Shown piece after piece: positions 13,201-26,095 of a DNA stretch of 64,000 nt. Both the position numbers and the translations under genes were made by a program. Under the pieces are notes generated by a model. The model was not told the origin of the DNA and did not search any database. It saw nothing but the letters and a program-made list of their open reading frames with translations. The DNA is taken from positions 560,001 to 624,000 of the forward strand of contig MU053504.1 in NCBI GenBank assembly GCA_013239625.1, read 5' to 3'. Positions within the stretch are counted from its first letter, which is position 1, and each line of letters opens with the position of its first letter. This stretch comes from Lama guanicoe. Taxonomy: Eukaryota.

Positions 13201-16200
13201 AGTGTGAACAGGCCTTGGATGTGAACTGAATGGGGCCCCCAGGGCTCCAGGAGTCTTTCCCAGCCCCACGCAGCTGATCACAGATTTCCCAGGTGGTGGC
13301 CAAGGGCAAAAGGAGTCAGAGGTCCAAGGGGCTGACGTCCCACACTCCTTCACACATGTACCCCGCTTAGTCCCACCAGCATCTCAGCCCCTTGCTTGGA
13401 AGCGCAGGCGTCTGCCAGAGACCCCAACCTACAACGCCCTCGAAATACCCCGAAGTGTTATCCTGAAAGGGGCATAGCTTATTGGATGAGCTGTGGAATC
13501 CCAGGCTGCCTGGACTTAAATCCCTCCTCTTAGGCCACGTGGCCTCTTGGCCTCAAGTGTCCTCACCTGTGACATGGGGGAATGGTTTCACTTTGTATTT
13601 ATTGCACAGATGATGTACTCAAGTAATGCCAGGCTCATGGAAAGAGCTAACTAAATTTGAACTATTGTAATATCCACATTATTGGATTATCATATTATCC
13701 AAGTAAGAAAAATGTTATCCATTACTGTTTAAATGTGACCAAAGATCAAACATACGGAAATTACTTGCATCCTTTCTGGAACTTAAGTCCAGGTTAGATT
13801 CTTCCCTGAGACAGTTAGAAGCTTCCAGCAAGAGAGAAGCTACCGTCCTCAGAGGCCCTACTGCTCCGATGGCCCAGCCATCTGGGCCCTCGCCTCCTCC
13901 ATCCTCTCCCCTCCGATCCTGTATTTCTCCAACTGCAGTGGCCCCAGCCACCTGCAACAGAGACCTCTTGGCAGGGGACACTTTTTAAAAATATAGATAG
14001 CAGGGTCTTTGCTGCATCAGACTCTGCATTTGACTTACCTCTTCGGGTGATTCAGACACAAATGCAACGTGAGAACTACTGTCTTGCTCCCTCCTGACCC
14101 AGTTTCTTCCCAGATCCAGTGCCTACAGTGTGCTAAGCCTGGAGCCAGGGGCTTTCCATCCCTTACCGTCATTAACCCCCTAAAAATTAAAAAAATGACC
14201 ATTTGCGTGTTGTGACAAATAAGGAAACTGAGGCTCAGAAAGGGTATGCCGTAGGCCCATGATCACACGTGGTAAGTCATGAAACTGGGACTTGAACCCA
14301 GAATCTGTCTGCTGTTCCCTTGCAAATGTGTGCTCTCCCTTAAGTGCAAGCCACCCTTATCAGTCTGGGCCCGGGTCTAACTTTGTAATTCCCTGGTGAA
14401 AGCTGGTTGCCGCAGCCAAGCTTTTTGGCCAGAGGCACAGGAGAAACATCTAAACAGAAACTAGCAACTCGGGGTGGGGAAAGGTCAGCAGTTCAGAGAG
14501 CTGTCTTCAAAGGGAGTGTCAGCATTTTGGGCCGGGGGAGGGGAGTCAGCCGGGGTTTGTGGTCGCCGGTCAACTGACACCAGCTGCGGGTTACTTAAGC
14601 AGGAGAGGAACTGTAATTAAAAGCTACTGGGGCCCACAAGCTCTGAGAAAGTCAGAGAGCCCGGCCTGAGGGCCTCAAGGCCCAGACCACCCCCCAGCCC
14701 CCAACCCTGGGGCACTGGTGTGGCAGCCTGTCCCGCTGACACCCAGACTTGACAGTCCCTGCAGAATCTCTGTCCCCGATGACTCCAGACACTGGATGCT
14801 GGCACTGCCAAAGTAGGGCTGTGTGCTCCCACCTCCCCGGGTCATGATTCCCCCAAAGGTCTGCACCGGGGGCCTGTGACTGGGGGAGCCTGGGTCCTGT
14901 GCCCAGCCCTCACTGCAAAGCATGCTGGAAAACTGCCCTACCGGAAGCGGCATTAGGTAGGGGATTCACCCAACCTGGGAAGGCAGCTGGAAAACAGGGC
15001 AGCCGGTAAGAATGCGAATGTCCACCAAGACCAGGAATGGGGGGTAAAGCCCTGCCAGCTCCTGAGGCATGGTGCCAGGTGTTTCCCAAGTGTTAGCTTC
15101 AATCCTTATCTACAGGAATAACACCCAGTTTACAGATGCATGAGTGATAGGTCGCACTGTTGAACCCAAATACGTCAGACGCCTGAGCTAGGGCTGGTGA
15201 CACCAGGACATACATCATGGCTTTTTGCTTCCTGTGACTAGGACCAGACCCCACCCTGCCAGATTGCACACTTGCCTTTCCCCTGCCTTCTGCATGTCTC
15301 CTGGCTCAGCAGGATGACCCCTCAGCATCCCTGGAAGGGAGGCAGGGCGAGTGTTATTACCCCATTTTATAGCTGGGGAACCTATGTCAGGGCGGGAGGA
15401 TTTGCCTGGCTCAGGGAGCAGTCAGTCATTGTAGGGCTGGGGTCTCTCCCTCATCTGGCTGCTCTCACTGATTCTCTGCCTGAACTCTTGGGGAAGCCTG
15501 GCTGCCCTTCCAAAGGTTGCTTGGAGAGCCAGCTGGGAACACTTGTCCTACCTATCTTTGCCTGGCAGAGAGCCAGCTCCTGGTGGAGGCTGTGGGGTCG
15601 GGGTGCATGGGCCCTGGTGTGACCTGGGCAGGAGAAAGAAGGCGAAGAGAGCTCTAGAATGTATGTTCAAAGCCCTGCTTCTCCAGTCATCTGCGTTGCT
15701 TTGCCAAAGACTTGCCCTTCTCCACGGCTGGAGAAATGTCCTCAGTCCAGCCAGCCCACCCAGAGATGTCTCTCCCAGCCCCTCCTGTGACTCACCTGAT
15801 ACAGCAGGGCTTCACTAGCTGGGGACAAAACCACATGAGACTCTTGGCACATCTTCCTGGACAGTTGATTCTGATAGGAGATTTTATTAATTAGATACTA
15901 AAACATTCTTCCCAGTCTTCCCAATTTTCACACTCACCATGTGCCACCTGCACCACCCAAGATGGCTGCTGGGGCTGCAGATGTGACAGCGACATTCCTG
16001 CAGCAGGAAGCAGGGCGCAGAGACCCTCCAGCTGAGTCAGACCCTTTGGGAAGCCCACCAGGATGTCCAACTTCAACTTACTTAGTCAGGAGGCCACACG
16101 GCTTCAGGGGAGGCTGGGAAACGGAGTCTCTTGGCTCCGCCAGATAATATTGGGGTTCTGTTACAAAGGAAAAGGGGAGCATGGATCCTGGGTAGGCAAG

Positions 16201-18639
16201 AAGCAGTCTCAGCCACTCCTGTCAGAAAGTGCTCAGATCCAACAAAGGGCCAACTCAGCATCACCTGGCCACTGCTGGGCCTGAGACAACACAGGTACCC
16301 AGCCTGGGTACTGAGCATCCTAAATCCCAAGCCATAATTCTATCAGGCTGTGTACCCCAGGAGGCCACACTCCTCAGCCTTAATTATCCCAGGGCCAGAT
16401 ACCCAGGAACTACAGAGCACCCCTATAGCTCACAGCCTGCCGAAATTACCCACACTAGACGGTCCTAAACTGTTCACTCCGCCCTGCCCTGCCTTTCTCA
16501 TAGAAACCCCAATGAAGGCTGTGGTCTAAGCGTTCTCCCCTCCCCCTCCTGGCCATCCTGGTGTTTTTCTATGCAGGGTGTGCTGCCTCCTGTCTTTAGG
16601 ACCCTTGCGTAGAAGAGCCTTTGTTTTTTTTCTGAACCTCTCCTCTGTGGCTGCACCTGACGTACCATCTCATAAAGGGATACAGAGCAGATCTCCAGAG
16701 ACAGAAAGTCCACCACATCATGTCTCTGGTCCATCTTGGTTTTGCTTTCTGGAGATGTGTACCAGTCAAGGCAAGGTCATGCCACAATAACAAATGACCC
16801 AAATCTTCGCAGCTCCAAACACGAAGTTATTTCTCACTCACCCCACACATCCATCAAAGACTGGCAGGGCTCTCCAGTCCCCTCACTCCAGGGCCCAGGA
16901 CGAATGACATTAAGGACCAACTCAGACCTCTGTTTGGGGTGTCTGCCAAGTGGCTGTGATCACCTGTGCAGGGGCAGAGGGAGCAGCTCTGACCTGGGGG
17001 GTGGAGAGGCTGCACTGAGTCCAGATGGGACCTACCTGGGCCTCCGGGGCTGAAGAGAAGGAAAGACACCTGACGCTCCGGAGCCTGGGACTGTCATGCC
17101 AGACAGAACTTTCAGTCCAGCCAGGAACCTCAGGTTCCTCTTCTGTAAAATCGGGACACTATTTCCCAGTTGGCAGATTTTAGTGAAGAGTAATTAAAAT
17201 ATATGAGTAACATGGGGAAATGTGACTTTATACTCCCAGCAGCCTTCCATGGAAGAGGATATTTTCAGTGGAAGACCCTTTGCCCTCCTGAGCCCCTTGG
17301 TGAACTTGGGTGGGCAAATTTGAGAGCAGGAGCTTGGCAAAGAGGGGCTTGGGGGAGGTAGATTGGAAGGGGCTCATCTGAAGACTGTGTGTGTTCACAA
17401 AGCACAAAATACTCCTAAGATTTCCTTGGGGGTGACCTTGTTCATTTGGGATGGTTTAGGGGGAGTTGATGGAGATTATGGGGGCATCCAAGCACCCATG
17501 ATTGCCCCCATGGGAAGTGGGAACAGGTCAATTGTTCTGTAGGAAGAGAAGATTTGGGGGTTCCTGTGGTGGTTCACAAAATCGGGGAGCAAGAGGAGGG
17601 GAGTAGGAGAGGGAAGGAGCCCGATGGACAGAGGCTGGCAGGTATGGCCAGGAATGTCCCCAGGAGGGTGAAGGCAGCAGGAGGGTACTCTGAGAACAGG
17701 GTGAGGCTTTGAAGCTGTGGTGTGATGTAAGGAAGCCCCAGGTCCTTCTCACTCTTCACATCTTGAATAAACTCTCTCTGATGACAGAGGGCTTACTCCT
17801 GCACAATTGCCACTCAACATGCTGTGTCCTCCATGTAAAGTCAAAGCCAACCCATGGACACGGAGGTCCGCTCTGCTTTCTGGGGGTGGGCATGGACAGA
17901 AAGCATATTGAAAGCTGGATCCTGGTCCTGCCCAGCACAGAGAGACTTGCTGCTAAGGCTCAGGTGTGCTCTTTCAGAAGCCTCACAGAGCCAGCTCCAG
18001 TCTGATGGCACAGTTCCTTGTCTGAGCAGAGAAATGGGAGAGAGGACAGCAGAAAGACAAGAAACATCCCGAGATCAGCAGTTTGCTCATTAATCTAGGT
18101 AGGCAGGTCATTTGGCAGACAGAACAAACTGAGCCCTGGAGGGGTCAAACAGTAACCCAGTTAGTCAGTGCTGTAACCAGGGGGGAAACTGGGGCACAGA
18201 GAGGGGGATCCTTGCCCAAAGTCACACAGCAATTCAGTAGCAGAGCCAGGATTCAAGGACTCCGGATTCTGTCTCTTCCGGCTGCCAGCCTGGGAAAGCT
18301 GCCCAGCCCTTTCACCCACTTTTTGCCTCCTGCTGGGGAAAAGGTGCCTGGGGTGGTGGGTGAGAGGCAGCGTGATCTAAGAAATCAATTCAGGCCCAAA
18401 CACTAGGGCTGAACGGGTCGCCCTTGCACCCTGACCTGCCACAGCATTCTGAAAGCTGACCCCAGGGAGCCGGTAAAACTGAAGATATCCGTGCTCAGGG
18501 TAGGAAGGCTGGCATGGAGCTCGGCCTGCTGCCCGCGCGATCTCATTTTAACCCTCAGGCCACCCTGGGAGGTGGGTACCTTCACTGTTTTCAATTTTTC
18601 CAGAGAGGGAACTGGGGCCAGTAGGACTGAGGCCTCAGG

Positions 18640-18920
18640 GCTCTCAGCCCAGTGCTCGCAACCCCAGATCCGTGCTTGTGGCGGGAGGGACCTGGCTGAG
18701 CGCGAGGCGGCGGTGGCGCGGGGGAGGGCGCCCGCAGTCCGGATGCGCCGCAGCGGGGGCGGGAGCTGCTCCTGCCGGATTCCCGGAGCGGGACTGAGCA
18801 GGAAGGGGGAACAATGGGCTGTGGCAGCAGCGGGCTGTTGGGTTCCGGAGACAGGGTGGGGCCAACTCCGGCCTGGCCGCCACAGAGACCGTGGGAACCA
18901 GGTCCCTGTGCAGGCGACTA
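18640..18920. promoter_or_regulatory. Small intergenic CpG island with GC boxes
   Basis: High GC and CpG density (gcgcgaggcggcggtggcgcgggg; gggggcggg near 18754) flanked by CpG-poor DNA and a MIR. Confidence 0.6.
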
Positions 18921-18924
18921 ACAT

Positions 18925-19130
18925 AATCTGAGCACTCACTGTATGCCAGGACCTGCGTTCAGAGCTTTAGATGGATAATCTCTTGGAATCCTCACTTTAC
19001 CCTTTATTATAGCCCCACTTTACAGATGAAGAAATTGAGGTACAGAATTTAAATAAAATGTCCGAGGTAAGAGGTGAAAGCAAGATTTGAACATGGGTAG
19101 TCTGGCTCCATTTCCTATGCTCTTAACCAC
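18925..19130. mobile_element. MIR SINE
   Basis: Typical MIR core: ctgagcactcactgtatgccagg...ccccactttacagatgaagaaattgagg...gatttgaac...gtctggctcc. Confidence 0.8.
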
Positions 19131-22100
19131 CATAAATTTTACACACACACTCTCATAAATTTCCTTTTTCACTTAAAGCATTGATAGCTTCCTATGTCAT
19201 AAATACATGCCTTGTTTAAAGTCCTAACATGCTGGAAAGATGTCCGTGTGCCCAGCCCCGACTCCATACGTCTTTCCCACTATTCGAGGGGCCTGGATTT
19301 TCACCCCTGGTGCCCTGTCACTGAGTTGGGTGTGGTTCCCCTAATTTAAATAGGCTGTAACAGTAGTGGCACCAAGGGGTGGACTGGTGAGTGCTTAAGC
19401 CCCTCCTAATTTCCAGCAGAAAGCTTTCCACCATCCAAAAAGAAGCACCATCTAGATAAAAGGACATGCTTATTATGCAAATAAAACTTAAAGACAGGCC
19501 TCCTTCCCACCGCCAATCACATTGCTGCACCCAAACCCCGCCCACAGAGAATTTCCAGAGACAGCAGGGCTGGTGGGTTCCTGCTTGTGCGGTTCTCAGC
19601 TTTGAAGACAAGGTGTGGAAACAGTGCAGGTTTCTTAGGATCAGGCTGGGTGAAGATTTGGCCCTTCTCAGGACCGCGGAAGACACGGGAAGACCCAGCC
19701 AGGCGGTGATGGCTCCAGAATCTTCAGAAGGCATGGGCAGCTGGAGCAGGTAGAGGCGCGGGCCTGGGGCTGCGCTTCCTGTTTTTTTTTTTTTTATACA
19801 GGATTAAGGGCTCAGATGGGCGCCATCAATGACTGGGAAAGCCTGTGGGAATCTAGGGCACCTCTTACCCAACGCCCTTCCTCCTGAGACAGACTGGGAA
19901 GACTTCACTGCAGTGGTGATTGCAAGGCAAGGGGGTGGGGTAGTTGTTCAAGACACTCCACTACATCTGTGGGAGAAAGCCCTTTCCCCAAAGAGGCTGA
20001 ATGGGGCTTCTCTTCCAAGAATGATGAGCCAACCGGAACCCCCCGCCCCCCTCAAAGCTCCCTTGGGCCCTCACAAAGCCAGCTGGGAGCACCGGATGGG
20101 GAACCAAGAACCTGCGATCTGTGGTCTAGTTTTGCTTCGCCCCCCACCCCCACCTAGGGGCTGTTGTATGACCTTGGACCAGCTGTTCTCCCTCTCTGGG
20201 CCTCTAGTTTCCCACCCTTACCACACCAGGGACCTTCAAGGACTCTTCCCACTCTGACAGGTGGTCTGACAATGATGCTTTCCCTTTCTGGGGTCACCTG
20301 AGCTGCCAGGTGGATGTTCTGGTACAAGTCAACTCTCTGAACCTCCCTTTCATCACCAATTATTAGCTTCCAAAGATGGCTGTTATTTGGGGGCCACCTA
20401 GCATCCACTTCCCCCTCCTATGGTATCAGCCCCCAGTCTTCCTCAAGGGAAGCCTCCCTCCTTCCCCTCAGCCTTGTACAGTGGGTGGAGTGGACTCTAC
20501 CCCTGACTCCAAAGGAAGGAGAGTGACCAGGCCAGGCCAATGCCTGCATTCCATTCCCTGAGCCTCCAGTGGAACTGTCCAGTGGGTAGTCATGTGGTCC
20601 CATTCCAGTTACCGGCAGTCAGGCTTAGGACTTGTCCCAAACGCTGAGAAGTCTGGAAGAATCAAACCTGGGAGGGCTGGCAGCTGGAGTTGCTGGCAGC
20701 CATCCTGCCTCCGTTGCGGGAGGGGGGGGGTGCTTTGCAGAGAAGGCAAAGCTGGGAGCCAGGAAATCAGGCCTTGACGCTGCAGTGTAATCCCTCTGAC
20801 CCAGCTGTGCCTGAAGCCAATTGTCTGCCTTTAGATTTTCTAAGTCCAATAAAATGCACTTTTCACTTAAGCCAATTTGAAGTGCGTTTCTGTTACTCAC
20901 AACCAGAAGACTGTTTCGTTGGGTTTACCTGATTTTATGATACTGTGAATTGTAAGATGGCATTTTAAAGGTAAATATATCTATTCAATAACTTTTTGGT
21001 GAAAAAAGGAGCATATCAGGTGTGCTCTTTAAAAAACTGACAATAGTATGTTTTTAATCTCTAAAATTGCACGTCTTGGCCTCTTTTGATGACTTGATCA
21101 AAGGTCTTCACATTTCAACTCTAAATCTTCTTTGGATGAACTTAGCAATTTTTATTTTGCCTGGCTGTTGATAGCCTTCTGAACACTTGATAACCTTTTA
21201 TTTCTAGGTGGCATCATTTTAGAATTCACTTTAAGTGATAATTAGGGATCCAGGCTGGTAAAATTCCACCAGTCTCGATCCCAGTCACCCAAACAACTGG
21301 ATAGCAGACAGTGAGAACACCAAACTCACCCTCTGACTGTTGGTTGGCATGTTCTTTGGACATCAATTGTGGGACACATCCTCATTCCAGAAATGTTTAG
21401 ATGTGTGTGGGGAACCCACGTGTCAGAACTGGTTATGACTGTAACTGTGAGAGATTTCCTGTCGGACATTCACTGAGCTAAGCAGAACAGAGGTGTGACC
21501 TCAGGTGAGTAACATCACCACTGTTTCTCAACTGCTATGTCTAGAAATGAGACTAATAGCTTCACAGAGTTGTTGCGTAGATTTAATGAGAAAAATCAAT
21601 GTAAAACTCCCAGAACATTTTGGCATATTGTAACTGCTCAATAAATATCAGGTATTATTATTTTGTTTAGTTCTCACAACTCCTCTTTGAGATCAAAATG
21701 ATGACCCTACAGTACGGTTTAGGACACTGAGAACAGGAACAAGAAGCGGCATGTCCAGGGTCACGCACCTGAGAAGGAGGTGGTGGATCTGGGGCTCAAA
21801 GCCAGGCCTGTCCAGTGCCCATGCTTATGTTTTTAACCCTAATGCCACCTGGAGTTAACAGCCAGCGGCTGGGCTCCTAACCCCAGTGATAGGGGGTGGG
21901 GCAGGCCAGGGGGTCTTGGGGGTCCAGCTCTTAAACGTGGGGCAAGGAAAGATTATACTCACTCACCAGCTAAGCTCATTGCCCAGACCACTGTTTTGGC
22001 CTGATTTGTGGAATCCTGGGCCTTTGAAAACTCGAGAGGAAACACCAAGGCCCAGGGACTTTGTCCAAGGTCATATACACAGGGAGTGACCAGGCTTCGG

Positions 22101-23479
22101 GCTGGAACCTCTGTTCTCTGACTCCCCACATGGTCCTGATTCTTCACTGCCCCCCATGGGCCCTCCCAGCACCCCATCCTCCAAGAGAACCTCCCTGATC
22201 ACCCCAATCCATGTCCCCAGGTCTAGCTCTGGCAGGGTCTCAACGCTTGCTGGCATTTCAGACTTTGGACTTTGGACTTGGGCCAACATTGGGTTTGAAT
22301 ATGCTTCCTGCCACTTATTAACAGTGTAAACCTGGGTTCCCTTCCCCATCACTGAGCCTCAGTTTCCTCACCTGTAAAATGGGCCGCAAAAGTCCATCTC
22401 ATGGGGTTGATGTGGTTTCAGGTGAGGTCAGGGCTGAGCACAGCCTGACACGGAATCGGCCTTCACGATCAGCTGTTTTCTCGCTGCCCCTCCTCTAGGC
22501 AACATAATTATTATCCTTAATCACCACAAAATAAATAATAAGAATAATGACCAGAAAAGAAATTCAGACCATGAAAATTTTCTTTTATTAGTCTTGACAT
22601 ACATTGTGGCAGTGAAAAATAATGAACTAAATCAATAAATACAGTATTACAGTGCAGAAAAGGAAAACAGTAACAAATTAATACTTTAAGTCACAGTAAT
22701 GTCTTTTTTTCCCAAAAGGAAAAACAACGCATTAAGAAACACTTGCACAAGAGTGAATCCAAGATGCTGAGTGTGATCTGCACGTGGAATGACAGCATGA
22801 GGTCTCTCTCATGCCTGTTTCTTCCTCTCACAATCAGTGCTGTCACTGTGTGTTTCGCATTTGCTGTTTCAGTGCAGGGGTATGCAGAACACCGGGTGGT
22901 GCACCAACTGTGTCTGAAGCTGAGTTTAACCATCACAAATTGTTATCAAACTTGAAACAAATGCCGGCAGTTGGGTCTGGGTGTGCCGGGAGCCAAGTGT
23001 GTAATGAAGTTCTCTGGATTAACTTCCATGTTTATTACAGGAAGAGCCATTTTCAAATATGCTAATATCACATTATTAAAATTTAACAGTAACCACAGTG
23101 ACTGTTCAGAACCTAGACTCACCAAAGAGTTTACCAGGAGGAGAAATTTAATCACGGCCTTCGGTTAGAACTGCCTGTCAGAGTGATAATAAAAAGCAAG
23201 CCAACTTTCGGTGGTTTCATGATTGCTTCTGAACTCTCTACAGACAGCACCTCCCTCACTGTCCCTCACTGTCCTCACTCCCTCTGGCCAGCCGCGGTAC
23301 TCCACTGCGCTCCTTTCATGGTAAGTGTTGTTCTGATGATCTTAACAAGATTTAACCATTGGGCATCCCCAGAAAGGGGTGAATGAGGGAACGTGAAGGG
23401 AGCCCAGAACAGGGAGCCGTGGCCTCTGATTACTCTGAACAAAGAATCATCTATAAGGTTAGGTAGGTATACAAGCAAC

Positions 23480-25380
23480 AAAGATTTTATTTTACCTTCA
23501 TTTCTTCTTTTCCTGATATTCTTCCTTTCTTTATGTAGATCTGAGTCATTTTCCTTCCTCCAATCTGTATCATTTTCCTTCTCTCTGAAAAACTTCTTTT
23601 AACATTTCTTGCAAGGCAGGTCTACTGGCCACGGTTCCTTCAGTTTTTGTTTGTCTGAGAAAGACTTTATTTCTCCTTCATTCTTGAATGATAACTTTGC
23701 TGGATACAAAATTCTAGGCTGAGGGTTATTTTCTTTCAACATTTGGATATCTCACATCGCGATCTATTGCTTGCATGGTTTCTGATGAAAAAGTCCAATG
23801 TAATTTTCATCCCTGTTCCTCTACAGGTAAAGTTTCCCCCTCTCCAGCTCCTTTCAAGATTTTCTCTTTGTTTTTGGTTCCCTACATTTGAATATGATAT
23901 GCTTAGGTGTAGATTTTTTGGTATTTATCTTGCTTGGTATTTTCTGAGCTTCCTGGATTTGTAGTCTTATGTCTATCATTAACTTTGGAAAATTGTAAGC
24001 CATTACTACTTCAAATATGTCTTCTGCTTCTTTCTTTCTTCTCCTTCTGGTTTTCTCATTATGTGTATGTTACATCTTTTGTAAATGTCCCACAGTTCCC
24101 AGATATTCTGTTCCAGGTTTTTTTTTTCTTTCCACTTTGCATTTTATTTTTTCCCCAGTTTTACTGAGATAGAGGTGACATATAACATTGTGGAAGTTTT
24201 AAGGTATACAATGTGATTATTTGATACACTCATATATTGCAATAGGGTTAGTTAATACCTGTATCACTTCATGTAATTACCATTTCCTTTTTTGTAGTGA
24301 GAATATTTAAGATCTACTCCCTTGGTAACTTTCAAGTACATAATACAGTATTGTTAACTATACTAACCATGCGGTACTTTAGAGCACCAAACTTATTCAC
24401 CTTCTAACTGGAAGTTTGTACCCTCTGACCAATATCTCTCAATTTCCTCCATGCCCAGCCCCTGGAATCCACCATTCTGCTCTCTATAAATTTGGATTTC
24501 ATTGCATACTATTTGGGGACTGTTTATGTCTTCCTAGTTTGGGGTTCACTCAGCCTTTTAAATCTGTAGGTTTATGTTCTTTTGCCAAATTTGGGACTTT
24601 TTCTGTTATTCTTTCTTTAAGTACATTTTCTGCACTGCACTCTTTGTCCTCTCTTTCTCTGACTCCAATGACATAAATGTATGTTGGTATTGTGAGGCCC
24701 CTGAAGTTCTGTTGGTTTTCTCACCTATTGTTTCTTTGCTCAGGTTGTGTAATTTGTTTTGACTTATCTTCAGGTTCATTGCTTCTTTCCTCTGTCATCT
24801 CCATCCTGCCACTGTGCCCATCCAGTGAGTTTGCATTCTTCACAGAACTCCATGGGGTGAGGAGAAGAGTGTCCTCTCTGATCACATTAGTGCAGGGTGG
24901 AGCTAACGAACGGAGCTCCACATCCCAGCACTCGGTGTGAGGAGGGGAGGGCTACCCACACATTAATGCACAGCAGGGATGCTCAGCAAGCTCTACACTT
25001 ATCTCCCCAGAGCCGACTGGACGGGGGAGGGCTGGGGCTTATTTTATGGTGCCTGCCTGGAGAACAGCAAGTATTGTCTAAAGGTCTGTCCTGCCCAGTC
25101 CTTTGACTGGAGGAAGTAGGCTTTCCTTGAGACTCAGTCTGTGTTGGTGGTGGTTTGGGGTTGTGGCCTCCTCTAGTGAAGCCCCTGAGGACTCCTGGCT
25201 AGGTCATTCCTTGAGACCTAAGTTGCCTAGCCAGTCCACCTTCTTCTTCCCACTGTCAGAGTATTTTGGTAGTTGCTTTATGTATTTTGTCAAGTTTTTA
25301 GTTGTAGTAAGTGGAAGGAATAGGATGGAATCCACTTATTCCATCTTGTTTGGAAATGGAAGCCCCATAATTTTAATTTT
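23480..25380 (-). mobile_element. Old L1M 5'/ORF1 fragments, with a nested L1 3'-end fragment at about 24150-24490
   Basis: T-rich antisense L1 ORF1-type sequence (ttgtctgagaaagactttatttctccttca...ttgctggatacaaaattctagg). The nested piece begins ttttactgagatag...aacattgtg...aaggtatacaatgtg. Confidence 0.7.
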
Positions 25381-26095
25381 TAAGTCAACTTTTTGAGGTA
25401 TAATTTACATGCAATAAAATGTATCCATTTAAAGTGCACATTTCCATGAATTTTCCATGAAGGTATAAACATGTAACCACAGTCAAAATACAGAATATTT
25501 CCATCATCCCCAAAGGTTCTCCTGTGCCTCTTCCCAATCAATTACTCCCATCCCAGGCCTAGACAAGCAGTAATCTGATTTCTGTCACTATGGATTAGAC
25601 TTGTTTTTTTCTAGTTTCAGATAAAGAAGATCACAGTGTATTCTTTGATAAGTCTGTCTTCTTTAACCTGGTATATCTGTGAAGATTTATCCACATCACT
25701 GGGTATATAAGCAGTTCATTCCTTTTTATTGCTGAGTAGTATTCCATTCTGATTTGTCTGTGCTTTCATTTAGATTGTCACCATCCTCTGCTCCTTCCTG
25801 ACAAACCCCAAGAGCTAATGGACTACACTTGCTCCTGCCACCACCACTGCTATTTCTGCTCTCAAAGTTCCTGTTCTTTGACCCAAGGAAGGAACACTTG
25901 ATGTATCACTAAGTACTTATTTCAAGGTGTGGCTAGGATAAAATCTGAGTAAAAGGATGGGTTCTTCCGTATTTACCTGAATTGATCTGCTCTATCATAT
26001 ACTTACCAATCACATGCTCAGACCAAGGTACATGAAAAACACTAATTATATTGGTTTCTGTTCAGACATAAGCTTCTTTTAAAATGTACCTAGTC

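Noticed and set aside
23333..23430. Possible C/D-box snoRNA (TGATGA...CTGA) on the plus strand
   Set aside because: Box C lacks the leading purine, there is no terminal stem and no recognisable guide sequence.
22570..25380. A second L1-ORF1 plus cargo chimera on the minus strand
   Set aside because: The L1 here is old and fragmented, and I found no A-tail or TSD, so the adjacency is probably coincidental.
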